A stretch of DNA of 63,815 bases, counting the filler, from Polymyxa betae A26-41 (lineage: Eukaryota; Protista; Endomyxa: Phytomyxea), in the NCBI GenBank assembly GCA_003693705.1. It is 5 parts of 5 records of this genome, joined end to end, with 100 filler letters (N's around TTAATTAATTAA, not from the genome) between each part and the next. Parts side by side here need not be neighbours in the genome. Positions count along the whole stretch, not along the records: positions 49,207 to 61,230 come from RBZT01000455.1; positions 61,331 to 63,815 come from RBZT01000041.1; 3 more parts are not named here. One strand, 5' to 3'. The notes beneath the pieces are model-generated. The model made no database searches. It was not told where the DNA came from and saw only the letters and a list, made by a program, of their open reading frames with translations. The position numbers were made by a program, and so were the translations under genes. Position 1 is the stretch's first letter; each line of letters opens with the position of its first letter. Of this stretch, positions 51,951 to 63,815 are shown in pieces.

Positions 51951-53525
51951 TCAGCTGTCAAAGTGGCTCCAGTCCATCGTCGGAGTGAAGTCGCTGTCTC
52001 GAATCCCGACAGTCAAGTGTCTCCTACATTCCGAGCCACGATATGGAATGTAGATAAACATTGAATCTTTCATCAGATGGACAAGGGTTTTAGGGTTTGG
52101 CAGAGCTTGAACTTGCTCAACCTCCGTCTTCATAGATATAATGGGGTGTGAGTATTTCCGGGGTTGTCCTGTAACGTCATCTTTTAACAAGATCATACAG
52201 GTATCGGATCGGTATCTTACATCTAGACTGAGCGACCGATGGAGCCTCCTCGATCCTGCGATAGGCTTCATACCGATATCATTGAAAGATGTGGTCTTCA
52301 ATCGCATATGGGGATGTTCTGCTATACTGACAGCAATATTACGATGAAGCACGGCTCTATGTAGGTCGGCGATCCTGGAGTCCTGTTCTGGTGATAAATC
52401 GCTTTCATTTGACCAGATGATGCGCCTGATACAAATGTTACATAGAGTACAAGATAAGCCAGATCTGATATTGTCATTACCTGTAGAACTGCAATAAATC
52501 CAGATAGAATTTCGAACAGTTTGAGACATGATGAATGACCTGTATCACGGATACCGACCCAGACTTTAACAGATTCTGGAACATCTTTGACAACGGGTCG
52601 CTGTATTCTCCATCAGTGCAAATTGTGACAGGAACGCAGATTCGGAGCCAGACCTTGGTATCGTTTCTGTAACGTATATCCGTATGAAATCCACATTCGC
52701 ATTACGAGTGGCCATAAAACTCCGAACCACGCCTTCATTGAAATAGTGATTCGGCTTCGAACTGTTCCGTGAGATCATACGCCGAATAGAGTTGAAGAAT
52801 CTGTCCGCATCCTTCAAGCAGACAATGCGATTTGTAGGCAGTCCCGCATATCGAGCCAGTACGCGGAGTAGCTGAGGTCCGAACAATTCCGCCCACCAGA
52901 ACGCCGATAGTCTCTTCGAAGCTCGACGGGACAATACTCGGACCAATTGGTCCGGGCAATGAGCCAGCAACAACTCCCAGAACCGCCGTGTAACCGTACC
53001 GGAATCGAACTGTACGGCGAGGGTATCGTTAACGGAGGCCGCGTCCAGGTAACGATCATAAAACTGGGTGATGAGAATCTCGAATTCAGTCGCGGACATT
53101 CCTCCCACAATCCATCGATAATTCGGCTGAAATCCGGCGCCGTACTGGGCGCTGCCGAACAGGGCCAGTACAAGCGAGGCCGGGGCCGGGGCCAGCACGC
53201 CCAGCAATACGGCTGCGAATTGGAAGCGTTCTGCGGACCCCGACTGGATTAGACCATGAATAAAGTCGGATTCGTCTGCAGAGATGGGCTGGCACCACGA
53301 TATCCGCCACAGCCACGTAACGTGTAACATACTGGACGATGGTGCGTAATGCTGGACCAACAGGTAGAGATGGCGGGCGGAGTCCGCATCATCCAAGGCC
53401 AATCCGTGTTGTAGACGGCTGTGTAGAGAATGGAGGTGGTGCGTAGCCTCTTGGTCCGACAAGCCTAAGACGGTCCAGCCATCGACCATGATGACGATCA
53501 TGGCCACCGACAATGACCACATCAT
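51951..53525 (-). CDS. Predicted secreted protein of unknown function (candidate effector); 3' end uncertain
   Basis: Signal-peptide-like N-terminus MMWSLSVAMIVIMVDG; 319-aa first exon, downstream 192-aa segment probably joined by a short intron. Confidence 0.55.
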
Positions 53526-53739
53526 GGACGAGACCAGATTCGATTCTTCAGAATGGAGAAAATGCGTGGCGCACTCCGACCCGGCAATTGCTGAACATTC
53601 TATTTAAGGAAAATCATCCTCACTCTCATCGCATTAATTTCAACTTATCTTATACAGATCAGCTCCATACATCTCCTCGTCCTATATGAAAATATCTTTC
53701 ATAAACGGTAAGAAACATGTCTGGAAAACTAATGCTTTG

Positions 53740-55400
53740 AGTCTGAACGAAGAAATTGTGATAAATTTCTTACATATTGCATATCTATGTTGATGGATAT
53801 CGAAGAATTGTTCGTCTTCATCGTGGCAGCTGGTAAGTCACTCTTTACTCTTGAAGGAGCCATGTTGATACTCCAAACTAACAGGTCGAAAATGGGTGGA
53901 CGACGATGTGCTCAATGGGAATCCCAATCGTTTTCGAAAATAAATTTACTTGACGAAATAAACAAGCTTTAGGTTGTAAGACAGGCCTCGTTAAATTTGG
54001 CAAACTATTATTAGATGCCAAATTTACCAAAATTAAGGAAAAAAATATGCCAAAATAAAGAGTAAAAATGATAGCGGTTTTGAACAGAAAACAAAGCTTC
54101 AACGATTGATACTCGTCGTTCAGTCTATAGTGAATTTTTTGGGCCTCTTTCGCCTGAGGAAATCGCTGGTCGTGAACAGCATGAGCATTCTGGGTCTTTT
54201 TCTGTCTTCCACGATGATGTTTCATGATTTCTTAAAGATCAAAGATTGTTTATTTCCGCAATAATAAAAAAGAACATGGCCAAATGGGATCAGCAAATGT
54301 GGCAACAAGAGCAGGGACAGCTTTTGGTGGGGTTTGTTGACGGAGTTGCAAAATTTTATGCTTTGAGAGATTCGAAAACAACCCAATCGACCACTGCAAT
54401 CCCACCATTTTCCCCCATAAGCTTTGCCGTCTGCGTGGTCGTGAGTTTGGGATAATTATTACACAATACCACGGTTTGATTCCGGCAATCGTGGCTTCTG
54501 GTCAAAGACCTGATTCCCCACACTGCAATCATTTGCAGGAGCCTTGGCAACTCTGTTTCCAAATACTTCCACTGTCGAGTAGGACTTCTCCACTCTAGGG
54601 TGGAAAACGAGTACCGCCAGTCAATTGCTGATCTTTTCACTTGAAAGAGTGATGCAATCAAAACAGTATGAAACAATCATGAAATTGATGATATAAAATT
54701 TAATAAACGACGCTTCCTGGCTGATTTTCTAGCAATTCCAAAAATACCAAAATTAGAGCCAGATCTGGTGCCAAAAATAAGCTATTTTTGGTAATTCTGG
54801 AATTTGCCAGGTTTAACGAGGCCTGTTGTAAGAGCAACTCCACCGGACCGGTTATTCGCGCAATTTTTATAATTTTACGGCAAGAAAATAACCGGCACTC
54901 TATCCACCGGGCGGTGTGGTGCAGCCTCTGGCGGTTAAATATTTTAACCGCCGGGCTTTTGCGCATTCAAATAATAAAAAACCGCCAGGATAACCGGGGG
55001 CTAAAAGGCTGCGCGAAGGTCGCGCACACTGTGGCGGGCTGCGCACTCCACATCTGGGTCATTTTATGCAAATATTTTTATTGAATTCGTTTCAATGTTT
55101 TTTCATCACAGCGTGGACTTTCACAGATATGATTTTCCATAATATTTGTCCATCAATACGTGATCCCGTTTTTCGTTAGTCTTCTTTCCGGGTGTGGAAC
55201 CACCCAAGAAGAGGGCATTCGTTATACTGCCGCAAGAGCGTTGAAAGCAGCTCCAATTCATCGCCAGATGATCAATCAGATAGCTACATTTCAAGAAAGA
55301 GTGCATACAATTGAAATTTAACAGCCCAAATAACCTGCAGCCCGGTGGAGTTGCTGTAACGGGCAATCATGACATGAGAATATACGATCACGATACAAGT
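53740..55400 (+). pseudogene. Highly decayed DDE_Tnp_4-like transposase remnant, interrupted by a Harbinger MITE
   Basis: LVGFVDG and weak downstream motif remnants; many stops. Confidence 0.3.
54832..55356 (-). mobile_element. Non-autonomous PIF/Harbinger element (Tourist-like MITE), 525 bp
   Basis: TIRs GAGCAACTCCACCGG / CCGGTGGAGTTGCTG; TAA TSD on both sides; internal remnant GGSTPGKKTN..RD....ESP.CDEKT.KR of a transposase N-terminus. Confidence 0.85.
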
Positions 55401-55619
55401 GCAACTTTTTGGATTCGACTCGACTAGTTCGCTGATTTATGGTCAACAGGCGGCGCTCTTTCCAAAACGCATGGCTGGACAATTTAGGCAAATTGCCCAA
55501 ATAGATTCCAGAACCGCTACTACCAAGTTCGGGGCATTGCAGTAATTCACCCGTTTAAATAATTGTTGATCGTAAACGGCACTATCAGCAGGACCTAAGA
55601 GTGCCTCGATAATGTAAGG

Positions 55620-55730
55620 TAGGCACCTGCCCAATCCAACAGGGACTCGAACCCATGTACCCAATCCTTATCTAATACTCCCCCTACTGGTTTCCCAGCT
55701 TTAACCATGCGTCGCTAAATGTAACAGCCG
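55620..55730 (-). other. Possible tRNA-derived SINE head (Pol III A/B boxes)
   Basis: Minus strand TAGCGACGCATGG (A-box-like) and GGTTCGAGTCC (B box); no convincing cloverleaf. Confidence 0.35.
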
Positions 55731-55759
55731 ATAGAATATGCTTTTGCTAGATATTTTGA

Positions 55760-57770
55760 CATGAGTTTGGCGTGTGTATACAGTGCATCGTTGAAGTCTG
55801 TAATGTTACTTTGTTCGTATTTCCTTCGATACTTTTTCAGTTGCTTTTTAAATTTTTTACATTTCAGGAGTTGATGTCCTATAGTCTCACTCTTTATATT
55901 GCAGTGTCGACATTCACCGCTGGGCTCTATATTTAGATTGTGTAAATGTAATCGAGCTCGAGTGTGTCCTGTTCTTCTCTGTTTAGTAGAGGGCTATCAG
56001 AGTAGATCTGGTAGTCTGTATTACCATCTCTATTCTGTGTTCGAGAATAACCGTCTATTAGAGGAGTTCGTTTCGGGTAGTTTGCAAATCCGCTTGGTTT
56101 CACCTTTTTCAATAAATAATTATGTAGTTTCTGTCTTTCTAACTGCTTATAGATTTCTTTATATGAAGAACCTAATGGGTCGTGTTCTATCAGTTCTCCA
56201 TCTATTGCAGTCTGCTTGGCTAGTTCATCTATCGCATCACTTTCTGCAATCTGCTGTGTGTGACTTGGAATAAAGTGAAGTTCGACTTGGTTTTCTTCGC
56301 TAAGTTCAGCTAGCTTTTCGGCAACATCATTTACGACAGCGTTGACGAATTATTTGTATTTGTATGGAAGGCATGTCAGTTGTTGCAAACAAGATAATAA
56401 ATCCGTAAAGAAAAGAATGATTCTATTTTCTGGATACAGCTCCAGTAGAGAGGTAATGCCAGATTGTAATGCGATGATTTCTGCTTCATAGCTTGACGTC
56501 ACGTGTTCTATCTGTATTGAGGTGTGGATCCCAAGCTCAAATATTGTACTGTGTGGATCTGGGTCCGAGATGTGTATTATTGAAGCAGCTCCACTTGTTA
56601 TGTACTCTGTATTTAAACTGTCTCTGTTGAATCTGCCATCTGTCCATAGTTAAATATCGGGATTTGTGGGAATCAATTGAGCGTTCTCGAGTTTTTCTAA
56701 CGCTTCGGCTCTGGAACTCATGTGAAATTTACATTGCGCAAGTTGTTCTAGTATATAGGATTTCACTATTATTTGTGAGTGGATATGAGCGCTATATCAC
56801 TTTGCTGTAACGTCTACTGCTCTTCTGAAAAGTCCATAAGGGGTCCATCCATCTGCTGCACATCCTTGTTCGTCCCATTTTCTAAAGTCGTCTCCTAGTA
56901 AATAGCCCTGAGCTTCTGCCTGGAGGACTGTTAGTGCAGAATCTGTAATGATTTTAGCTTTCAGAGAAGGGAATTTTAAAGTTGCATGTAAAAGTGGAAT
57001 TGGTGTTGATCTCATACATCCAGTGTATGTTCTCATATATTCATTATATGCAAGTTCTAACGGTCGTATCGTGCTCTTGATCGTGGTTTCAGCTCCAGTC
57101 CATGATGTGAAAAAGTTTAATATTCCTCCTATGAAGGCATGACAGGCTTGGCGAAAGATTTTTCAGGGATTCTATATTTTCGCAGCTGTTTGATGTATTG
57201 GCACCTTTGATGATGTCTTGTGCTACGGACTTTCTCTGTGCCTATCAAGAATGTCGATTTATTTGTCTCTTTGTTAGCAACTGGCTGTTGGTTTTTATGA
57301 TCATGTTTCCAATTTGTATGCTGTCCTTCTTACTGTACTCATTGTATATGATGTGCTTCTTATCTGCATTGATTTTGATCTTGTTTTTCTCGCACCAGCT
57401 AATCATTTTTCTTAACTGCGTTTTTAAGCTGCTTTCCAACGTCGACCTTATCATATCCGAGGGCCGGCCGACAGTATCGTCTACATAAGTGTTCGCCGTT
57501 TCTGGTTTCAGAGGGATGTCATAGACAAATAGGATCCATAGCAATACGCTGAGACCGGATCCCTGCGGGATCCCGTTCTCTTGCATTCGTGGTGCCGTTT
57601 CGTAATTTCTGTATGTCCCTGTAAACTGTCGATCTGTGAGCCAATCATATACGACTTTGATCAGGTATACGGGAATCTCCAAATTTATCATCTTTCTCAG
57701 TAATATGCGCTTAGGCACTCTGTCGTATGCTTTTGTAAAATTATATAGAATCGCAAACGAAAATGTCTTT
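55760..57770 (-). mobile_element. 5'-truncated, decayed non-LTR retrotransposon (LINE) with RT, RNase H and C-terminal zinc knuckle
   Basis: KAYDRVP, GIPQGSGLS..LW..FVYD, YVDD; WTDG and SSYEAEIIAL (RNase H); CRHC....ETIGH..L.C. Confidence 0.9.
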
Positions 57771-58094
57771 GCATCTGTACGGTACCAACTAAATTATTTA
57801 CGGAATTATTGACCGTACCCGGTATTCTTTTTAAAGATGGATATGTTTGACTGCGCAATTTAGTAAAGTGCGCCCACGTTATGCTTTTGTTGGACGCAGT
57901 TTTTTGGAGCTGCGGCCCTCTTCATAAAAAGCAACGGACGTTTGAGAACTCTGCACAAGACGATACGCCGGCATTTTGAGCCATATAGTGACCAAATGTT
58001 CCAAATTGTCAACAATTCCGATCATATCGGAGACAGCAATCGTTCGCGGTTTATTATGTCAAGACTTTAATGATTTACGGACCGGATTATGGAG

Positions 58095-61000
58095 TTAAGA
58101 ACGACTGCGCACATAGGAGACGATATCGTTCAAGTTGTACAAACTTGTACGGCACATTGGACATCCCATACTAGATTCTAACCAGTTCATGACACAATTC
58201 CAGTGGAAATAATGTCCGCAAGGAGTCCTGTATGTGCAGGTTTCTGCAGCGACTTCCTGATTTGGGGCGGACTTGGCTGCATGATGCGCATTCAGACAGA
58301 TCGAGCACAGGTCCTTCATACTACTCAGCTCCTATCAACAGTCAGAATCGATTGAGCGTGACAGCCTTGAACCGACCTGCTGCGATGCCGGAGTCAGCAC
58401 TGATATTCGAAACCAATCGGAATAGTTCCGTGCTATAACTGCAGCAAAACGTAGTCAGCCAGAGCCCCAAGAAACAAAATTGAAAAACCTCAGAGTAGAA
58501 ATGACAAAAAGCGAGCGAAAACAGGCCATACAGGAGATTGCGAAGCGCAAGGCACCGGGTGGCCATCTAATCATAAACATTCGGTTCAACATAGGATCAT
58601 CATCGACAGAGAACAGGATGCGGACCAGTGCGTTGACCGGCAGCGACTCGAGCAGATCGCAGATGAGGAGTTGCGTGTCGGACGTCGGAATCCGGCCGTA
58701 GCTGGTCATTTCGGGCCTGGTTTTTGGATGGGAGAGGAAAGCGCAGATAGCTCGAATCGCCGCGTCCTTCACATAATCGTGTTCGACGCTGCTGATCATC
58801 TCTGTTACCAGAGAAATCAAATCCGGCCAGATATCACGGACTCCGAGGATATCGACTCGTGTGAATGTCGCGGACCAGGCTCCGATTAGCTCGGGATTCT
58901 GATAGTGCCCGCAAACTAGATAGAGAGCGACACGGAGTAGATTACTTCGCAGATGGCCGGACCCAGATCTCAGTGCAGTCTCGGCGATCCGATCGTACAC
59001 CCCCACATCGTCGATATTCAAATCTGGAATAGTCCTAACACGGAATCTGTTATTAATAAAGCCGTGGATATAAAAGGAGAAAGAAACTGCGAGAGTGTTG
59101 GAATTAGAAAGGACATACAGAGAGAGTATGAGAGGTCCAATAATGGCAGCCGTGTTGGAGTCTAACAGTTTACTCGCACGAAACTCGGGGGCGTGATGTA
59201 AAGCCATATCGAATATTGGCCCTAGAATGGAGATAACTCCTTGATGATCATCGAAATTATCATCAGCGGGCTCTAACATACTGAGATACATGTCAACATC
59301 AGCAAAATTGAAGTCGCCGCATTGCCTAAGAAAACATGAAACTCGAGAATATAAATCACAAAATATATGTAAGGAAAAGTGGAACTAAATATTGGCATAA
59401 ATTGCACCCAATGAGCATACAAGTCCACAAACAAGTGTATATCAGGAGCCTCATCCGGAAACAGACATTGACTGATAACATAAGTGCTGGTAGCGGCCCC
59501 GGACTTGACCCAAATCATACAGTCCAGGATCAGAAGACGGAGACCGCCCTCCCTACCCATAGTGTCAGTGATTAGATGACTGTCCATATATGGATACAGA
59601 CAGGTGAATCATGTCGCAGAGAATATCGGGGAACTCATCGCGGGGCCTGTATATCAATAATCAGAGCACTACAATTAATTATCATGAGTCCGTTAACAGC
59701 TGGCCATAAATCGTTTCTTGCACGCGGAGAAATAGTCAAAAGACAGGATATCAAAATCAACAAAACAAGCATTCGGGAACAGAATGTTCTGACGCTTGAA
59801 TCAGAACCGAAATAACTGATGGCAGGAAAGACAATGGTGGACTGAAACGTAAAGATGTGTTACACAGGGTCGCCACTGGGTCCCACGGTCCCAATATCCG
59901 GGAAGAACAGGTATAAGAAGGCCGGCAAGAAACCATGACGAAAGAACAGATATCGGATCCGGATGGCGGATTCGGCCCGATCACGCTGATAATGATCTTG
60001 GAGTCCGAGCTCGTCCAAGAATTCCTCCAGGTCGTAGTCCAGATCCGCCAACCGACTCTCGATCGCTTCGTCAAAGATCCGAGCCCAGCGGGCACCATCG
60101 ATACGGTCCAGTACGGCGCCCATCGCGCAGACCAGGTCGGCCGATGGCGTATGCTGAATTAAAGTGACGAGAATTTTATCGGCTTCGGGAATGACCCTAC
60201 ATACAAAGCTGAGTATCAGAGACATGAGTGAATGTTGAAAGATGTCGTACCGGAAAGCAGCCATGAGCGGAATCTCATTGAATTGATTGCGGGTTGAGAA
60301 AGCCTCGGATTTCATCATAGAAGCAACAAGGTAGATTTCCTCGTAGATATTCGATGGATACGGATACTTCAACGTTTCATGAAATAGAGCACCCAAATCC
60401 GAGACCGACACGGACGGATCACAAAGGAATACGCGGATACCATACATTATCATAAGCAGAGACAGCTCACGGACCAGATTCGGGTCACGTTGAGATAACG
60501 ATACAGCAATCCGAACCCATTGAATCAAATCGTTTTGAGAGCAGGTGATGGAATTCGATCGAGGCAGTGCTAGCACCGTAGACAGCATCATCTGAATTTG
60601 GTCCAGAATTGCCAGCAACTGGGAGTCCGCGACATCGTCTAACCTACAAAGGAGATATTCAGTCGAACATCACAGATACATAGCACACATCGGACTCGCA
60701 GCGCAAGATATCAATCTGCTTCAGCATTAACGTGGCACGCCAGTCCATGTCCGCCACTGTCGCGATGTGCGGGTCGTTAAGAGCCATGATTTCGCTGCCA
60801 CGGGTCAGCAGCGTATGAACACCGATGCCGTCAGCATTAAGAACAGGACTCAGAGTGAGCTCCTCCATCAAATCGCTGACTGCGGCAACATGATTATCTT
60901 GGAGGCGTGCCGATCCGGATGACGATTCCGAGATCCCCATACTGGTAACGGATTCGGGGAAAGAGCGCGGTCTGTCAGTAGAAGGGCCAGCAGGGTCCCG

Positions 61001-61102
61001 GGATATTGGGCTGGTGGGGTCGGGAGCATCGACAGCTCGAACCACAATCAGCCCCGGCTGAACGACTAGAAGGGCGAGCATGCATAGTGCGATAGTCATC
61101 AT
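58095..61102 (-). CDS. Signal-peptide protein with C-terminal RING-H2 finger (candidate secreted E3 ubiquitin ligase), multi-exon
   Basis: MMTIALCMLALLVVQPGLIVVRA leader; collinear long exons; PASQQ|ELSSMKDLCSICL...CGHYFHWNCV..W.....CPMCR; exon joining inferred. Confidence 0.65.
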
Positions 61103-61184
61103 TGTAAGGAAATGAATGGGATGTTGGGGTCACCCAACTTGCGGTCCGGGGTTGCATGGAAAAGTGCGTATTAAGTATTATAAT

Positions 61185-61230
61185 ACGACCCTGCTAGGCG
61201 TACGAGTACTCGCAGAAATAATGCGCGTAC
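61185..61230. repeat. Third copy of the palindromic element, running into the gap
   Basis: ACGACCCTGCTAGGCGTACGAGTACTCGCAGAAATAATGCGCGTAC. Confidence 0.9.
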
Positions 61231-61330
61231 NNNNNNNNNNNNNNNNNNNNNNNNNNNNNNNNNNNNNNNNNNNNTTAATTAATTAANNNNNNNNNNNNNN
61301 NNNNNNNNNNNNNNNNNNNNNNNNNNNNNN
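61231..61330. other. Artificial contig spacer
   Basis: N-TTAATTAATTAA-N linker. Confidence 0.97.
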
Positions 61331-63085
61331 AAGACGTCAGGCCACTGGGGGATACACATGCTGAATAACTCCGATCCAGTGGAGCTATTTAACGATTTTG
61401 AAATTCAGTGAAGATTATAATGGAATGGAACTCCACTGTAGATTCTCTTTATCTGAGATCATTTGGGACTGATGAAACCAATTCAACGTTCTGCTCCAAC
61501 CAGATAGCATTTCCGAGAAATATTAACCAGAACATTCCCCGCCTAGATCAAGAATCTATTTGCATGTATAGCTGTGGATGATGGTGTGTGATTATCTCGG
61601 GTGAGCACATCTTCGCTCCATCAGCATTGAACAACAATCTATCCTGGATTCCAGCTCGCCATCGTGCTTCACAATTTGTAAGCGATCCGTTCTTGATACC
61701 TAAGGCATCACTCAATGACCGGCTTCTGGAACAACGGGTCCATCAGCCCACTCAATGCTTTTTTCGTCGTTAAGCGACATCCCGAGTACAATCTTTAACG
61801 ATTTCTTACAAATGCTTGCACTGTTTTTTCTCTGGGAACTCTGTGCTGTTTGAAAAGATATTCATCTGATAGCCATGTTTAACAAGCATCGTCTGGTCTG
61901 AGAATGCCAATTGCCCAAATTGAAGAACCCTCTCTCATCGGAAAACCTTTCTTTCCTGATTCGCAATGTCTCGTCCGATGGGACCGATCTTGTCGATTCG
62001 GATCTAAATTCTACTACGGACGGAGTTTGCCCAGGACTCGATTGTTCTCCGTCAGACAATAAAGAAGACAATCAAGGAAGTGAAATCGACGAATGGGGCT
62101 CACAATCATGTCGTAGATTCGAAATCTGCCACTGTCGAAGAGACATATCTCATTCTGACTTCTTTGAAATTAATTCCGTATTAGATACGGAGTATGTAGA
62201 ATACAATACAAATGAAGGGAACTGCGAGAAACGCAAAAATACCAGATTTTGCGTGAATAGACCATAATCAGAAGGGAAAGAGAGCACGCACATTTTTGTA
62301 TGCGGGACGCAGCCCACCGTGCTCGTCGCACTGCGATTTTTAATTATGTACATACTGTACCTATCTTGCTATTTCATTTGAAATACAAATCAGGTCGGTC
62401 AAGAAATCAGGTCGATCAAGCGATTGGTCGAAGCGACAAGGATCCGTGAATAATCCGAAGGTTCAACTTTCAAAATTCCCTATTATTCTTGATGTTAGAT
62501 GAATGTTTTCCAATTCGGTTTGCTTTCGTTGTCACATTTGTTCCAAGTCTGCATAACCCTTACTGATGTTCTCTGCACTTGCTTCATAAGCTTAGGATTT
62601 ATTAGCAAGATTCAAGTTCGGTTTCCGCCACAACATCCACATCAGCTTCTGCAACATTTCCGAGTCCTGGCTGTTCTTGAACTTCGTGAACATTTTTTCA
62701 TGAGCTGATAGATCCCCGTCGATAGTCCCGAGAAGGCAACACCTACGGCACCCAATTTCTTGTACGAGGAACGCGAAGAGCGAGTTCGCCCTGAACCATA
62801 TATCAGGAATTCAGGATAGATTTGACAAGCACTGACACTCATCGAAAAACGCAAAATAACCCAACTGCCCCTTTTAGGTATTTACTACTTTCGAACGATC
62901 GTTGACAATCATAAAAAGATGAGGGTATCAATCAAAATAAAGTTGAAAAAACTGGCAACTTTCACAATTACCTTTTTTCTTGGAAAATGATGAAAGTAAT
63001 GAAGAGGGCGGAAGGTCAGACAACGAAGTCTGATAGGTTTTCGGCTTGTATGTGTAATAAGGATCTGTAGGTGGAGATGAACGTG

Positions 63086-63406
63086 CTAGACCCCCGGTAG
63101 TATTTGCTGTGTTGTTCGAATTAAGAAGCAGCGAATAGTTATAGACTGTATACCTTGTCGGGAGTCTTCTTCTTCACCAATCACTTTAGCAAGGGAGATG
63201 TAATTCCCTTGGTTGTTAGATTGAATGACATTCGAAGACTGTGATAGAGAGATTATTCTTGTCGCTTTAATTTCATCAGATCGGTGGCGCAGTTCACGAC
63301 GATGAGATGTAGCAGTAGGGTCGGCCGTTGTTTGGTCGATGCTGTGAAGTATGAAAAGAGCAAATGTCCATAGGGTCAGAATCGGCACGACCTCAAGCAA
63401 TGGCAT
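63086..63406 (-). CDS. First exon of a probable secreted orphan protein (gene may extend toward 61331)
   Basis: Hydrophobic leader MPLLEVVPILTLWTFALFILHSIDQTTA; further minus-strand open segments downstream. Confidence 0.35.
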   Translation of the reverse strand: MPLLEVVPILTLWTFALFILHSIDQTTADPTATSHRRELRHRSDEIKATRIISLSQSSNVIQSNNQGNYISLAKVIGEEEDSRQGIQSITIRCFLIRTTQQILPGV

Positions 63407-63815
63407 CTTTGAATACGAATATGGATGTAATGACCCTCTCCGTCATTTAACGATAAACATAACTCATGGAGCGGTGCGGCCTGCTGGTGCACATCACAAC
63501 TGTGGAGAAGGCCGCAGATCTTCCGTGACAGAGCGCCTTACTATGGTCTGATAATGGTAACCCATCACGACTTAACTTCTCAGACAAACCCGTTCAGCCC
63601 CATTTGGATACGCCAGTATTTGGGAATCAAATCGCAAGATCTAAATGGTGCTTTTTAGCGCTTAAGCAGCAATCCAGTTGCTGTTTATTGTTGCCGTCGG
63701 TCCGTCCAGCTCCACAATCCTGGGGACTTGAACGTTTCATCCGTCCGCCACGTTCAGTAAGGCTCCAAGTGTGATGCACTTTTTTCGTGTCTCATATTCG
63801 CCATTATTACCGGAT

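Noticed and set aside
55620-55730. tRNA gene
   Set aside because: B box present but acceptor and anticodon stems could not be formed; kept only as SINE-like

Overview
Eukaryotic (protist) genomic DNA, not prokaryotic. Five contigs are joined by artificial N50-TTAATTAATTAA-N38 spacers (14677-14776, 40403-40502, 49107-49206, 61231-61330), so adjacency across them is unproven. Short GT-AG introns (~45-60 bp), mitochondrial HslU, cilium-associated genes (ARL16, CCDC148-like) and signal-peptide orphan genes suggest a flagellated parasite such as a plasmodiophorid (inference only). Contig 1 (1-14676) is a transposon graveyard: PIF/Harbinger, Copia, a full-length decayed chromoviral Gypsy and a DIRS/Ngaro RT. 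Contig 2 (14777-40402) is a very compact housekeeping gene cluster. Contig 3 holds a short-LTR Gypsy with a perfect TSD, into which a hAT derivative and a pogo DD35D transposon have inserted. That pogo element carries a second, convergent HIRAN-like/Cys-His cargo gene, the most novel-looking item here. Contig 4 is bracketed by a 102-bp nested palindrome element and contains candidate secreted effectors (one with a C-terminal RING-H2), a Harbinger MITE, a SINE-like head and a LINE remnant. Gene boundaries were read by eye and are approximate where stated.
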